A stretch of DNA of 64,000 bases from Octopus vulgaris. Taxonomy: Eukaryota. Shown one piece after another: positions 63,866 to 64,000 of the stretch (position 1 is the first letter of the stretch; each line of letters opens with the position of its first letter). The notes under the pieces are model-generated. The model did no database searches, was not told where the DNA came from, and saw only the letters and a list, made by a program, of their open reading frames with translations. Both the position numbers and the translations under genes were made by a program. Where the stretch lies: the NCBI GenBank assembly GCA_951406725.2, contig OX597816.1, forward strand, positions 9,734,001 through 9,798,000, given 5' to 3'.

Positions 63866-64000
63866 CTGCCAGACAGAAGGGTCATACATTTTTCTTTTTT
63901 TAATTCTTTTATTTGTTTCAGTCATTTGACTGTGGCCATGCTGGAGCACTACCTTTTTAGTTGAACAAATTGACCCCTAGTACTTGTTCTATCAGTCTCT

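Noticed and set aside
1-64000. Conserved bilaterian or molluscan miRNAs, rRNA or snRNA genes
   Set aside because: None recognised on visual scan. An Rfam/MirGeneDB search would be needed to exclude them.

Overview
AT-rich, microsatellite-dense eukaryotic DNA, most likely a coleoid cephalopod (Octopus-like; inferred from the tRNA-headed SINE families and the repeat landscape). I could not identify any protein-coding gene with confidence. The supplied ORFs come almost entirely from microsatellites, SINEs or decayed LINEs. The window is packed with mobile elements: at least six SINE types, 3' fragments of CR1, RTE and CRE LINEs, Penelope-like remnants with hammerhead motifs, hAT, piggyBac, mariner, pogo and MULE MITEs, three non-autonomous Helitrons and one Helentron/HINE. 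A CpG-rich block (~4.5-14.6 kb) gives way to CpG-depleted sequence carrying several plus-strand exon-like segments. This suggests a promoter near 12.9 kb followed by a long 5'UTR/intronic gene body. The most notable observations are: (1) a textbook recursive-splice site with a 63-nt poison RS-exon on the minus strand at ~20.2 kb; (2) minimal hammerhead ribozyme motifs in (TA)n-embedded Penelope-like fragments; (3) SINEs that share one head but carry four different tails; (4) a SINE family that multimerises or inserts into itself at a fixed junction; (5) a five-fold amplified SINE head; (6) an 18-unit 30-bp minisatellite; (7) a complex palindromic rearrangement at 59-60 kb. All coordinates were read by eye and family names are not database-verified.
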